A DNA stretch of 64,000 bases from Burkholderiales bacterium (GTDB lineage: Bacteria; Pseudomonadota; Gammaproteobacteria; Burkholderiales; SG8-39), in assembly GCA_035519135.1 (NCBI GenBank), contig DATIWX010000135.1:1459-65458 (forward strand), in the 5' to 3' direction. Positions 1-9,708 of the stretch are shown here, in pieces. How positions within the stretch are numbered: the stretch's first letter is position 1; every line of letters starts with the position of its first letter. Below the pieces are notes generated by a model. It did not search any database, was not told the origin of the DNA, and saw only the letters and a program-made list of their open reading frames with translations. Position numbers and translations under genes: made by a program.

Positions 1-698
1 TCCTGCTCTACCCGGGCCTGGGGAGCTTTGCCGGCTCGCTCAAGTGGACCTCGACGGGGGAGTACGAGGACGAGGTCAAGCAGGCCGACGCTCGCTACGG
101 CCCTCTCTACCAGAAGTTCGCCTCGCAGGATCTCAGGCAAGTCGCGGCGGACCCCGAGGCGCGGGCGATCGGGCAGAAGCTGTTCCTCAATCACTGCGCG
201 CAATGCCACGGCTCCGACGCCGCCGGCGGCAAGGACTTTCCCAACCTGACCGACAACGATTGGCTCTACGGCGGCGAGCCGGAAACGATCAAGACCAGCA
301 TCATGAACGGCCGCAACGGGGTGATGCCGGCGCTCGGTCCCACGCTTGGCGAAGCGGGCACGCGGGACGCGGCGAACTACGTGCTTTCGCTCTCGGGCGC
401 AAAGCACGACGCGGCGCGCGCCGCGCGCGGCAAGCAGACTTTCGTCACGGTGTGCGCAGCCTGCCACGGCGCCGACGGCAAGGGGAACCGGGCGATGGGC
501 GCGCCCAACCTGACCGACGGCATCTGGCTCCACGGCAGCTCGGAAGCGGCCATCGTCGAAACGATCACCAAGGGACGCGGCACCAATATGCTCAATCCCG
601 GCCAGACCGCGATGCCGGCGCACAAGGACTCTCTCGGCGAGGCGAAGGTCCACATCCTCGCGGCCTACGTATATAGCCTGTCCAACCCCAAGCCCTAG
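1..698 (+). CDS. ccoP: cbb3-type cytochrome c oxidase subunit III (CcoP/FixP), C-terminal part; the 5' end lies outside the window
   Basis: Frame 3 is open from the window edge. Two haem c motifs are present (CAQCH and CAACH) in a dihaem context (..NHCAQCHGSDAAGG..DNDWLYGG.., ..FVTVCAACHGADGKGN..). ccoG and fixH follow directly. Confidence 0.85.
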   Translation, partial: LLYPGLGSFAGSLKWTSTGEYEDEVKQADARYGPLYQKFASQDLRQVAADPEARAIGQKLFLNHCAQCHGSDAAGGKDFPNLTDNDWLYGGEPETIKTSIMNGRNGVMPALGPTLGEAGTRDAANYVLSLSGAKHDAARAARGKQTFVTVCAACHGADGKGNRAMGAPNLTDGIWLHGSSEAAIVETITKGRGTNMLNPGQTAMPAHKDSLGEAKVHILAAYVYSLSNPKP

Positions 699-719
699 CG
701 GCTTCGCTGGATAGCGGCG

Positions 720-2141
720 GTGAACGACACCCTGAAGAACGTCGAGGTCCTTCCGCGCCGCGACGCGGTCGAGGAGCCGCTCTACGAGGTCCGCCAGAAG
801 ATCTATCCGCGGGCGGTGAGCGGCGCCTTCGCCCGCTGGCGCGTCGCCCTCGTGATCGCGACGCAGCTGGTGTTCTACGGCACGCCCTGGCTCGAGTGGA
901 ACGCCCGCCAGGCGGTGCTCTTCGACCTCGGCGCGCGCAAGTTCTACGTCTTCGGCCTGGTGCTGTGGCCGCAGGACTTCATCTATCTCACGCTGCTGCT
1001 GGTGATCTCGGCGCTGTCGCTGTTCCTGTTCACCGCGGTGGCCGGGCGCCTGTGGTGCGGCTACGCCTGCCCGCAGACCGTGTACACCGAGATCTTCATG
1101 TGGATCGAGCGCAAGATCGAGGGCGACCGGGCGCGCCGCATCAGGCGCGACGCTGCGTCCCTCACGCCGGAAAAGCTGGGACTGAAGGCGGCCAAGCACG
1201 GCGCCTGGATCGCGCTGTCGCTGTGGACCGGCTTCACCTTCGTCGGCTACTTCACGCCGATCCGCGAGCTGGCGCACGAGGTCGCGGCCGTGAACCTGGG
1301 CCCGTGGGAAAGCTTCTGGGTCCTGTTCTACGGCTTTGCCACCTACGGCAACGCCGGCTGGATGCGCGAGCAGGTGTGCAAGTACATGTGTCCTTATGCG
1401 CGCTTCCAGAGCGCGATGTTCGACTCGGACACCCTGATCATCACCTACGATCCGGCGCGCGGCGAGCCGCGCGGCGGCCGCTCGCGCTCGACCGACCCGA
1501 AGGCGAAGGGTCTGGGCGACTGCGTCGATTGCGGCATCTGCGTCCAGGTCTGTCCGACCGGGATCGACATCCGCAAGGGCCTGCAATACGAGTGCATCGG
1601 CTGCGCCGCGTGCATCGACGGCTGCAACCAGGTGATGAAGAAGATGGGCTACCAGCCGGGGCTGATCCGCTATTCGACGGAGAACGCGCTGCGCAACCGC
1701 TGGAGCCCCGCGCAGGCGCTGCAGCGCCTGCTGCGGCCGCGCGTGATCGTGTATACGGCGATACTCGCAACCATCACCTTGGGCGCGGCGGCAGCGCTGT
1801 GGCTGCGCGTGCCGCTGAAGGTCGACGTGATACGCGACCGGGGCAGCCTTTCGCGCGAGATTCAGGGCGGGATGGTGGAGAACGTCTATCGGTTGCAGAT
1901 CATGAACGCGAGCGAGTCGCCGCGCGTGTTTCACGTCCAGGCCGCAGGTCTGCCGACCCTACAGGTCGCGGGCGAAAGCTCCTTCGCCCTCGGGGGCGCG
2001 GAGACGCGCATGGTGCCGGTGAGGCTGCGCATCGACGGCGACGCGGCGCGGGCAGGATCGCACCGCATCGAATTGGAAGTTGCAGCGGTCGGAGAGCCGG
2101 CCGTGGCCGTGCGAGAGCGCTCCGTGTTCCTGGTGAGATAG
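720..2141 (+). CDS. ccoG: cytochrome c oxidase accessory protein CcoG/FixG (membrane polyferredoxin)
   Basis: 473-aa ORF with a GTG start. It contains CGYACPQTVYTEIFMWIE and two 4Fe-4S Cys clusters (CVDCGICVQVCP, CIGCAACIDGC), and sits after ccoP. Confidence 0.85.
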   Translation: MNDTLKNVEVLPRRDAVEEPLYEVRQKIYPRAVSGAFARWRVALVIATQLVFYGTPWLEWNARQAVLFDLGARKFYVFGLVLWPQDFIYLTLLLVISALSLFLFTAVAGRLWCGYACPQTVYTEIFMWIERKIEGDRARRIRRDAASLTPEKLGLKAAKHGAWIALSLWTGFTFVGYFTPIRELAHEVAAVNLGPWESFWVLFYGFATYGNAGWMREQVCKYMCPYARFQSAMFDSDTLIITYDPARGEPRGGRSRSTDPKAKGLGDCVDCGICVQVCPTGIDIRKGLQYECIGCAACIDGCNQVMKKMGYQPGLIRYSTENALRNRWSPAQALQRLLRPRVIVYTAILATITLGAAAALWLRVPLKVDVIRDRGSLSREIQGGMVENVYRLQIMNASESPRVFHVQAAGLPTLQVAGESSFALGGAETRMVPVRLRIDGDAARAGSHRIELEVAAVGEPAVAVRERSVFLVR

Positions 2142-2143
2142 CG

Positions 2144-2629
2144 ATGCGCCACGACGCGGGACCCTGGTACCGGGAGCCTTGGCCGTGGATCCTGATGTCC
2201 GGGCCCGCGATCGTGGTCGTCGCCGGCTTCGTCACGCTGGGAATCGCGCTCGCCACCGACGACGGCCTGGTCGCCGACGACTACTACAAGCAGGGTCTCG
2301 CGGTGAACCAGGTGCTGCGGCGCGGCGCGCGGGCGCGCGAGCTGCACCTTGCGGCGACGGCGATTCTCGCCGGCGACGAGGTGAGGGTCACGCTGCGCGG
2401 CGCCGGCGAAATCCTTCCGGAGCTGCGCTTGCGGCTGGTCCACGCCACGCGCTCGGGCCGCGACCAGGTCGTGATGCTCAGGCCGTCGGGGCCGGTCTAC
2501 GCGGGGCGCTTCGTTCATCCGGGCGGGGAGCCGCGGCTGCTGGTGCTCGAGGACGCGGGCTCCAGCTGGCGGCTCACCGGATCGTGGAACGGACGCGACG
2601 CGCGCGCCGAGCTGGGACCCGGAGGATAG
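2144..2629 (+). CDS. fixH: FixH/CcoH family membrane protein
   Basis: The ATG at 2144 is 3 nt after the ccoG stop. The N-terminus PWYREPWPWILMSGPAIVVVAGF..DDYYKQG is typical of FixH. It is the last 161 codons of the longer track ORF 896..2629. Confidence 0.7.
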   Translation: MRHDAGPWYREPWPWILMSGPAIVVVAGFVTLGIALATDDGLVADDYYKQGLAVNQVLRRGARARELHLAATAILAGDEVRVTLRGAGEILPELRLRLVHATRSGRDQVVMLRPSGPVYAGRFVHPGGEPRLLVLEDAGSSWRLTGSWNGRDARAELGPGG

Positions 2630-2633
2630 AGCT

Positions 2634-2867
2634 ATGCAGCGGGCGATCTGGATACTCTGGCCGTCGTTTCTCGTCGCCGCGGCGGCGGAGATGGTGTTCT
2701 TCGCCCTGTTCGATCCCGGCGAATTGACCTTCTTCGGGCGGCCGCTGGAGCTGTCGCGCACCGCGGTGTACTCGATCGGGTTCTTCCTGTTCTGGGGTCT
2801 TGCCGCGGTTTCGAGCTGGCTGTCCATGTATCTGGCGCGGGGCGGAGAACAGGCGAAGAACCCGTAA
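2634..2867 (+). CDS. small two-TM membrane protein, function unknown
   Basis: 77-aa ORF starting 5 nt after the fixH stop, with two hydrophobic segments. I recognised no family motif. Confidence 0.5.
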   Translation: MQRAIWILWPSFLVAAAAEMVFFALFDPGELTFFGRPLELSRTAVYSIGFFLFWGLAAVSSWLSMYLARGGEQAKNP

Positions 2868-2976
2868 CCAGTTCGGGCCGGTCGATGAATCCGCTCTCAA
2901 GTAAGCGCGGCAGCCGGCCGTAAACCCTGTCGTGACCGGTCATCTTGCCAGCAGCGAAGGCGGCTGAAGAGCGTCC

Positions 2977-5900
2977 ATGCGTCACCGCCTCAGCATACGG
3001 ATTCAGCTTCTCGCGCTCGCCCTGGCCGCCGTCGTGCCGCTGGCGGGTGCGATGGTCTACGTCATTCTGGACGCCTCGCGCGCGCACCTGCGACAGGCGG
3101 AGGACGAGATTCACAATCTCGCCGCGGCCACCGCAAGCGGCATCAGCGCCGTGGTCATCGAGAACCAGCAGCTCCTTTGGGCCCTTGCCCGGCGGCCTCT
3201 CGTGCGCGCGCTCGATCCAAAGCGATGCGATCCGGCCCTTGCCGAGATCCTCAAGCTTCACCAGGACTATTCCAATCTCTTCGTGCGCGACCTGCGTGGC
3301 AACAGCGTCTGCTCGTTGCTGCCGAACGTAGTCCCGGCCAGCGTGGCCGTCGCTCTCCCGTGGTTCAAGGAGACGGTTGCGCTGGGAGGATTCACGGTCG
3401 GGGACGTGTCGCACGGACGGGTGAGCGGCCGCTGGGTGTCGGTGTTCGGCTACCCGCTGGTAGACGACGGGGGCACCGTGATCGGCATGCTCGGCCTGCC
3501 GGTGGACCTCCTGCAGCTGCGATATCGCATCTTGTCCGCGGTCCCCGAAGGCATGCTGGTAGGCGTTGTCGACCGGCAAGGAAAGTTCCTGATTCGCTCG
3601 AGCGATCCCGAGCAATGGATCGGCAAGAGCGCGATGAGTCCGGAAGGCATGAAAGAGGAACGCCACCAAGGCAGCAGGTCGCATTTCGCGACGGGCGTCG
3701 ACGGGGTCACCCGGTTCTATGCGGTTCGATCGGTCGCCGGAACCGACTGGTTCGTGTCGGTCGGGGTGCCGAAAGACACGCTCTACGCTCCGGTGTGGCG
3801 CCATCTCGCCGCCGCCGTGGCCGTGGTTCTGGGGACGCTGCTGTTTGCCCTGCTGCTGGTGCGCAGAATCAGCGCGGCGGTGTCGGGACCGATCCGGAAC
3901 CTGGAAGCGACGACCGAAAAGGTCGCCGCGGGCGACCTTACCGCTCGCGCGTCGATCGAAGGCCCGGTCGAAGTCGCCAAGGTCGCGCGGGAACTCAACC
4001 ACATGCTCGAGGTGCGCGAGCGCGCCGAGAGCGAGTTGCGCCATCTCAACCGCACGCTCACCGTGCTCAGCGGCTGCAATGAAGCGCTGGTACGCGCGAC
4101 CGAGGAACGCGAGCTTCTGGAGGAGATGTGCCGCATCCTGGTGGAACGGGGCGGCCACGCGCTCGCGTGGATCGGCTTCGCGGAGCACGACGAGGCGAAA
4201 CGCGTGCGCCCGGCGGCCCGATTCGGCGCGGCTGGGTATCTGGATACCTTCGAAGTCTCGTGGGGCGAGGGTGAGCTGGGGCGGGGACCCACGGGAACGG
4301 CGATTCGCACCGGGCAACCCGTCTTTGTCCGGGATGCGCGGACCGACGAAAGCTTCCGGCCGTGGCGCGCCAATGCGGAGCGTTTCGGCCTGCGCAGCAC
4401 CATAGCGCTTCCACTCGGACGCGAGCTGCCCGCGCTCGGCGCGCTGTGCATCTACTCGGCCGAGCCGAGCCGGTTCAACGACAAGGAGGTCCGGCTGCTC
4501 GTGGAGCTGGCGAACGACGTGACCTACGGCATACAGTCGCTGCGCGCCGATGCGCGGCGCCGCCAGGTCGAGAACGAGGTGAGGCTGCAGGACAGGCGCT
4601 TCCGCGCGCTTGTCGAGAACGGCGCCGACGGGATTGCGCTGATCGGCGAAAACGCCACGATCCTCTATATGGGGTCGTCGATCACCCGGATACTCGGTTA
4701 CGCCGTGGAGGAGGTACAAGGCCGCAGCGGATTCGATTTCCTTCATCCCGACGATGTCGAGGAGGTCGAGAAGTGCATCCAGAAGAGCATCGCGCATCCC
4801 GCAAGCGTGGTGGTCGCTACGACGCGCGCGCGGCACAAGGACGGCACCTGGCGCTCGTTCGAAGTCGCCTTCACCAATCTTCGGGGCGAGCCTTCCGTGG
4901 AGGCGATCGTCGCCAACTTCCGCGACATCACGGAGCGCAGGCGCGCCGAGAAATTCCTGCGCGAGAGCGAAGAGCGCTTCGAGGCCGCCTTCCACGACTC
5001 GCCCGCCCCCCTCCTGATCGTGAGCGCCGACGACGGTCGCTATCGCGACGTCAACCGTGCCTGGCTGGAGCTGTTGCGCTACGAGCGCGCACAGGTCGTC
5101 GGGCACTCGTCCGCCGAATTCGGCCTGTGGGTCAATGAAGCCAGGCGCACGGAGATGGCTACCGCAGTGCTGCGCGACGGCGCGGTCGATCGCTACGAGG
5201 CGGAGCTGAGGCGCGGCGACGGCGAGGTGCGCCTCTGCCTCATTTCCAGTCGCAGCTTCGAGCACAAAGGCGTGCGAATGCGGCTAGCCTCGGTCTTGGA
5301 CATCACCGACCAGCGCCGTGCGCAGAAGCAGATGGAGGAGATGAATACGACTCTTGAGCGCATGGTCGAGCAGCGCACCCGGCAGCTGAAGAGCGCAAAC
5401 ACGGATCTGCACCGGGCGCTCGGGACCTTGCGCTCGGCGCAGGACCAGCTCCTGCATTCGGAGAAGATGGCCGCGCTGGGGCGGCTCGTGGCCGGAGTGG
5501 CCCACGAGCTCAACACCCCGATCGGAAACGGGCTGCTGGTGGCGAGTGCCTTGAGTGAGAAGACCGATCGCTTCGTCGCCGAGGCCGCAGCCGGACTGCG
5601 CCGCTCGAGCCTCGAGGCCTACGTCGCGCACTCGCGCGAGGCCGCGGACATGCTGACCCGCAATCTGCACAAGGCGGCAAGCCTCATCACCAGTTTCAAG
5701 CAGGTGGCCGCTGACCAGACCAGCTCTCAGCGCCGCGCCTTCCGGCTGAACGAGGTCGTCGACGAGGTCCTCTCGACGCATCGCCCGATGCTGCGCAAGA
5801 CCCCCATCAAGGTCGAGGCGCGCGTCCCCTCGGGCATCGTCATGGACAGCTACCCGGGGCCGCTCGGGCAGGTCCTGGCCAATCTCATTCACAACGCCAT

Positions 5901-6249
5901 CGTGCACGCGCACGAAGGCCGTCCGCACGGCAGCGTGCTCATCATCGGGCGCAGCCTGGAGGGCGACGCGGTGGAGCTCGCGGTTCGCGACGACGGGCAC
6001 GGTATCGCCGAGGACGATCTGCGGCGCGTGTTCGATCCGTTCTTCACCACCAAGCTCGGGCGCGGCGGCACCGGGCTCGGATTGCCGATCTGCCACAACC
6101 TGGTCACCCAGACTCTGGGGGGGGAAATCCGCATCGAGAGCACGCCCGGAGCCGGAACTTCCGTGATCATCAAGCTGCCCCTCAGGGCCCCGGACACCTC
6201 CGGCGTGGATGCGAGCGCGCCGGGCACCTACGCCGTCCTGGAGCGATAG
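2977..6249 (+). CDS. multidomain sensor histidine kinase (periplasmic Cache-like, HAMP, GAF, two PAS, HisKA/HATPase)
   Basis: 1090-aa ORF. It has an N-terminal TM segment, a second TM near aa 270-290, HAMP-like (..IRNLEATTEKVAAGDL..), a GAF-like region, and PAS repeats. The H-box is VAGVAHELNTPIGN and the G-boxes are DDGHGI and GTGLGL. Confidence 0.85.
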   Translation: MRHRLSIRIQLLALALAAVVPLAGAMVYVILDASRAHLRQAEDEIHNLAAATASGISAVVIENQQLLWALARRPLVRALDPKRCDPALAEILKLHQDYSNLFVRDLRGNSVCSLLPNVVPASVAVALPWFKETVALGGFTVGDVSHGRVSGRWVSVFGYPLVDDGGTVIGMLGLPVDLLQLRYRILSAVPEGMLVGVVDRQGKFLIRSSDPEQWIGKSAMSPEGMKEERHQGSRSHFATGVDGVTRFYAVRSVAGTDWFVSVGVPKDTLYAPVWRHLAAAVAVVLGTLLFALLLVRRISAAVSGPIRNLEATTEKVAAGDLTARASIEGPVEVAKVARELNHMLEVRERAESELRHLNRTLTVLSGCNEALVRATEERELLEEMCRILVERGGHALAWIGFAEHDEAKRVRPAARFGAAGYLDTFEVSWGEGELGRGPTGTAIRTGQPVFVRDARTDESFRPWRANAERFGLRSTIALPLGRELPALGALCIYSAEPSRFNDKEVRLLVELANDVTYGIQSLRADARRRQVENEVRLQDRRFRALVENGADGIALIGENATILYMGSSITRILGYAVEEVQGRSGFDFLHPDDVEEVEKCIQKSIAHPASVVVATTRARHKDGTWRSFEVAFTNLRGEPSVEAIVANFRDITERRRAEKFLRESEERFEAAFHDSPAPLLIVSADDGRYRDVNRAWLELLRYERAQVVGHSSAEFGLWVNEARRTEMATAVLRDGAVDRYEAELRRGDGEVRLCLISSRSFEHKGVRMRLASVLDITDQRRAQKQMEEMNTTLERMVEQRTRQLKSANTDLHRALGTLRSAQDQLLHSEKMAALGRLVAGVAHELNTPIGNGLLVASALSEKTDRFVAEAAAGLRRSSLEAYVAHSREAADMLTRNLHKAASLITSFKQVAADQTSSQRRAFRLNEVVDEVLSTHRPMLRKTPIKVEARVPSGIVMDSYPGPLGQVLANLIHNAIVHAHEGRPHGSVLIIGRSLEGDAVELAVRDDGHGIAEDDLRRVFDPFFTTKLGRGGTGLGLPICHNLVTQTLGGEIRIESTPGAGTSVIIKLPLRAPDTSGVDASAPGTYAVLER

Positions 6250-7988
6250 CCGGATCCGGCGGGACGCCCTACCAGGCCTTCCTCTTCGGCCTTGATGCGC
6301 AGTGCCAGGACCTTGGAGTAGATCCGGCACTGCGCGAAGCTGCCGCCGATGAACCACAGGCCGGCCTGGCCGGTGGGCGTCCACATGTTGCGCAGCTCCT
6401 GTTCTTCCTCGTCGATGCCCCACACCGGGCCGACGCGCCGGGCGACCTCCTCGCCGAACAGCTTGCGCACCAGGTGCTCTAGGCCGAGGTAGCCGGTCGC
6501 CAGCACGATGAGATCCGCGCGGAGGGTCTCGCCGCCGCGCAGCCGCGCTCCTGCCGCGACGAATGCCTCGATGTCGGAGAGCTGCACCAGGCGGATCTTG
6601 CGCTCGACGATCAGGTCCGAGCAGCCGACGTTGAAGTAGTAGCCTCCGCCGCGCTGCCAGTACTTGAACTGCCACCCGGTTTCGTCCTCCGTATCGATCC
6701 TGAAGCCGGCGCGGGTCAGGCCATCGAGCAGCGGCTGGTCCAGTTTCCTCGCCTGCTCGGCCATCATGCTGTGAGAGATTCGAGTCAGCGCCAGCGGCAT
6801 CGACGCCGTGATCAGGTCGCAGTCCTCGAGCGGCATGCCCTCGCCGTACAGGGTGTACGGCAGCTGCGCGCTCGGCTCGATATTGAGGATCAGCGTCGGG
6901 CTGCGCTGGACCAGCGCGACCTCGGCGCCGTTGGAGTAAAGGTCCTGCGCGATGTCGTGGCCGCTGTTGCCCGTGCCGACGACCAGGGCGCTGCGGCCCT
7001 CCCATTGCGCGGCGTCGCCGTATTCGTGCGAGTGCATGACGCGCCCGCGGAAATTCGAAAGGCCCGGCATCTCGGGCACGTTCGGGATGCCGCTGACGCC
7101 GGTCGCCATGACGATGTGCCGCGGATGCAGGGTGCGCGTGCCGCCTTCCCGGCGCAGGACGACGGTCCAGCGCCCTTTTCCCTCGTCGTAGCTGGCGCCG
7201 GAAAACTCGCTGCCGGTCCAGAAATCGAGCTCCATGCTCTCGGCGTAGGCTTCGAACCAGCCGGCCAGCTTGTCCTTGGGAACGTAGACCGGCCAGTTGG
7301 CGGGAAACGGCATGGCGGGAAGGTGGTTGACGTGCACCTGGTTGTGCAGCGTCAGCGCGTGATAGCGCTTGCGCCAGTTGTCTCCGATGCGGCTTTCGCG
7401 ATCGACGATGAGCGCATCGACGTTCAACGCTTTCAGGCGGGCGGCAATCGACAGCCCGGCGTGGCCGCCGCCGACGACCAGCACCGCCGGGTCCCGGTCG
7501 GCGTAGGCGGCCGCGGATCTTCTCCGGTCGAGCCAGTTCGGCCCGCGGAAGTCCCGGGAATACGCTTCGCCGCGCGGCCTGCGGCTGCCGACGCTTTCTT
7601 CGAATCCCTTGAGTTCGCCGAGCGCGGTGAGCAGCGTCCAGGCCCGCGCGCTCTCCGGGCTCAGTCGCACCACGCCGATCCCCCGCCCGCAGACGGTCTC
7701 GAAGCGGAAGATCGCCTCGATGACTTCCGTCCCGGCGCGCGTGACGCGGCGCGGCGGCGTGCGCTGGCGATCGACCTCGAACCCGGACGCGCGCGTGCGC
7801 TCGGCGGTGCGCTTCAGAGCATCGAGAATTTCTCCGACGCCGCTCACGGTCTGCACCCGCCAGGTGAAGGCGAGCAGGTCGCGCCAGTGCGAGTCGGGCA
7901 GGAACAGCGCTTCGAGCGGTTGCGTGTCCGGACCGGAAAGGGCTTTCTCGAATTCCGCGAGCCAGCGACTGACCGGCGCGTCGTTCAT
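6228..7988 (-). CDS. flavin-containing monooxygenase-like FAD/NAD(P)-dependent oxidoreductase
   Basis: Two dinucleotide-binding motifs (VLVVGGGHAGLS and ALVVGTGNSGHD). I chose the ATG at 7988 (MNDAPVSRW..). The 113-codon Arg/Pro-rich extension of track ORF 6228..8327 looks non-coding. Confidence 0.75.
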   Translation of the reverse strand: MNDAPVSRWLAEFEKALSGPDTQPLEALFLPDSHWRDLLAFTWRVQTVSGVGEILDALKRTAERTRASGFEVDRQRTPPRRVTRAGTEVIEAIFRFETVCGRGIGVVRLSPESARAWTLLTALGELKGFEESVGSRRPRGEAYSRDFRGPNWLDRRRSAAAYADRDPAVLVVGGGHAGLSIAARLKALNVDALIVDRESRIGDNWRKRYHALTLHNQVHVNHLPAMPFPANWPVYVPKDKLAGWFEAYAESMELDFWTGSEFSGASYDEGKGRWTVVLRREGGTRTLHPRHIVMATGVSGIPNVPEMPGLSNFRGRVMHSHEYGDAAQWEGRSALVVGTGNSGHDIAQDLYSNGAEVALVQRSPTLILNIEPSAQLPYTLYGEGMPLEDCDLITASMPLALTRISHSMMAEQARKLDQPLLDGLTRAGFRIDTEDETGWQFKYWQRGGGYYFNVGCSDLIVERKIRLVQLSDIEAFVAAGARLRGGETLRADLIVLATGYLGLEHLVRKLFGEEVARRVGPVWGIDEEEQELRNMWTPTGQAGLWFIGGSFAQCRIYSKVLALRIKAEEEGLVGRPAGSGYRSRTA

Positions 7989-8140
7989 AGTTGCGCGACG
8001 AGCTCGACGGGCAGCCCGGCGCGAATGGTGTTGTGGACCTCCGCGGCCGCCCCGGTGCGCACGACGACTTCGTGGGCGCGCTGCGAGTTCCTGACCGTGG
8101 CGGAAATCTCCATCGTGAGCTCCATCTCGAGTTGGAACAT
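7985..8140 (-). other. 51-codon ORF coupled to the monooxygenase gene by an ATGA overlap; possibly an OsmC-like N-terminal remnant
   Basis: MFQLEMELTMEISATVRNSQRAHEVVVRTG.. Its stop overlaps the downstream ATG. The OsmC-type resemblance is from memory only. Confidence 0.2.
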
Positions 8141-8301
8141 CAACTGCTCGGGACATCTTCGACGCGCAACAGAGCGACGGCCTCGCTGATCGTCTGGGAC
8201 GCGGCGCTGTACCCTGGGTATCGCATGACTCCGAGGGCGTCGGTACCGAAATAAAGCAGCGAGGAAAGGATGCCGCAGAGGAGCAAGGCTTTTTGTGCCA
8301 T
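8140..8301 (-). other. 53-codon ORF absent from the supplied track; possibly a truncated N-terminal fragment of a DUF998-like membrane protein
   Basis: My own translation is MAQKALLLCGILSSLLYFGTDALGVMRYPGYSAASQTISEAVALLRVEDVPSS*. The motif YPGYS..SQ.ISE resembles that family, but the ORF ends after about 50 aa. Confidence 0.2.
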
Positions 8302-8307
8302 CGTTCG

Positions 8308-8730
8308 CTAGGTCGGACCGGCGCCACTCGTCGAGCTCCGCCACAGGCGCGATGTCGCCGCGCCGGCGACGGCGGAGACCAAGGGCAAGAAATAATCGAC
8401 GGCGAGCAGAGCCACGGTCATGAGATCAAGGCCAGCGTAGAGAACCCGCTGAGTCAGCAGTGCGTGAATGACCATCGCAGCCATGGCTGCAACGAGCGCC
8501 CACGCTGCGCCGGCGCGCGGCCCCAGGACGCGCCCGAGCAGCAACCCGACCACAAAAAAGTACAGCAAGGTCGGCGCGACTCGCTCCAGTTCATTCGCAA
8601 CGAGTCCGATCGGACTGACCGCCCGCTCGCTTGCTGTCGTGACGGCCCACCAGTTCAGGAGCGCGAAGAAGATCACCGTCCAGCCCACGACCGCCAGCAG
8701 GGCGCCGACTAGAGCCTTGGTGTTGCGCAT
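8308..8730 (-). CDS. hypothetical integral membrane protein
   Basis: 140-aa ORF with about 4 hydrophobic helices, located in a visibly lower-GC stretch. Confidence 0.55.
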   Translation of the reverse strand: MRNTKALVGALLAVVGWTVIFFALLNWWAVTTASERAVSPIGLVANELERVAPTLLYFFVVGLLLGRVLGPRAGAAWALVAAMAAMVIHALLTQRVLYAGLDLMTVALLAVDYFLPLVSAVAGAATSRLWRSSTSGAGPT

Positions 8731-8800
8731 CGCCTGCTCCGATCTAGAGTTCGAGTTCAGCGGCTGCGGAAGGCAGTCCGCCGGAATGAAGGGTTAGTCC

Positions 8801-9262
8801 TCAGAGCCACCGACGAACCTTTACCTTGTAAGCCAAGTATTCGTTGCCGAACAGCTCTGAAAGCACCCTCTCTTCGGGAGCTATTTGGAACCGGCCGATG
8901 TACAAGCAGAAAGCCAACGGCCCGAGCAGTGCCCATGCTGAAGACAAGAAGACCGCCCAGGAAACAAGAACGAACAAGAGGCCGACGTACATCGGGTTCC
9001 GTGTAATACGGTAGACCCCAGAGCTGACCAGCGCAGTCGTCGAGTATGGCTTCATTGGGTTGATTGTCGTTCGCGCTCTGCGGAAGGACAATGCCCCTGC
9101 GATATCGAACGCGCCACCTGCCAAAGCCATCGCGATCGCCACGGATTTGCGGATCATCGGCGGCAATTCAGGCAAGGGCACGAATGAGGCCACCGACCAC
9201 ATGGCAATCGCGACCGATAGTGCTACCAGCGGCGGTGGGATCTTGAGTTCAAGCGCGTGCAT
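8801..9262 (-). CDS. isoprenylcysteine carboxyl methyltransferase (ICMT)/phospholipid methyltransferase family membrane protein
   Basis: The C-terminal motif ..YRITRNPMYVGLLFVL..APEERVLSELFGNEYLAYKVKVRRWL is typical of the ICMT/PEMT family. Confidence 0.7.
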   Translation of the reverse strand: MHALELKIPPPLVALSVAIAMWSVASFVPLPELPPMIRKSVAIAMALAGGAFDIAGALSFRRARTTINPMKPYSTTALVSSGVYRITRNPMYVGLLFVLVSWAVFLSSAWALLGPLAFCLYIGRFQIAPEERVLSELFGNEYLAYKVKVRRWL

Positions 9263-9291
9263 AGGTACGACCCTAAGGCCTAACGCCCAAG

Positions 9292-9708
9292 CTAAGCCGT
9301 GGGCCCGCCGGGGGCGGGACTGTCTGCTTGAGCGCCCTGTTGGGCGTAACCAGCTAGTTGCTGCCTACACATTGCTAACCATAACAGCAGGAAGCCCAGG
9401 AGTGCTCCGGCGCTGGCGATGCCAACCGGCCCATTCATGACGAGATACCAGAAGAACGGCAGAGTAAGAATGATGACGGCACCCATGACGAGCCGGAGAG
9501 ACGACGGTCCAAACTTACCAACCGCGCTCAAAAAGCAAAGAAGAAAGAAAGCCAATGGAGTTGCCAGAGTAAAAACGACCGCTGGATTTGCACGGCCAGC
9601 TCCAAACCCGCTCATGCCGACGATGAAGAGGAACATGGCACCCCACCCAAGCAGGCCGCAAAAGCTCACCAAACCAACAAGCCATCTCAGCATGTCAGTG
9701 ACGCGCAA
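9292..9708 (-). CDS. hypothetical integral membrane protein
   Basis: 138-aa ORF, hydrophobic throughout, with lower-GC codon usage. Confidence 0.5.
   Translation of the reverse strand: MRVTDMLRWLVGLVSFCGLLGWGAMFLFIVGMSGFGAGRANPAVVFTLATPLAFFLLCFLSAVGKFGPSSLRLVMGAVIILTLPFFWYLVMNGPVGIASAGALLGFLLLWLAMCRQQLAGYAQQGAQADSPAPGGPTA

Noticed and set aside
2632-5265. An 877-aa minus-strand ORF, with other long ORFs (3177..4082, 3783..4451, 4362..5138), overlapping the sensor kinase gene
   Set aside because: The translations are Arg/Ala/Gly/Pro-rich with no recognisable motifs. These are typical shadow ORFs of high-GC DNA. The plus-strand frame encodes a complete multidomain kinase that I can recognise.
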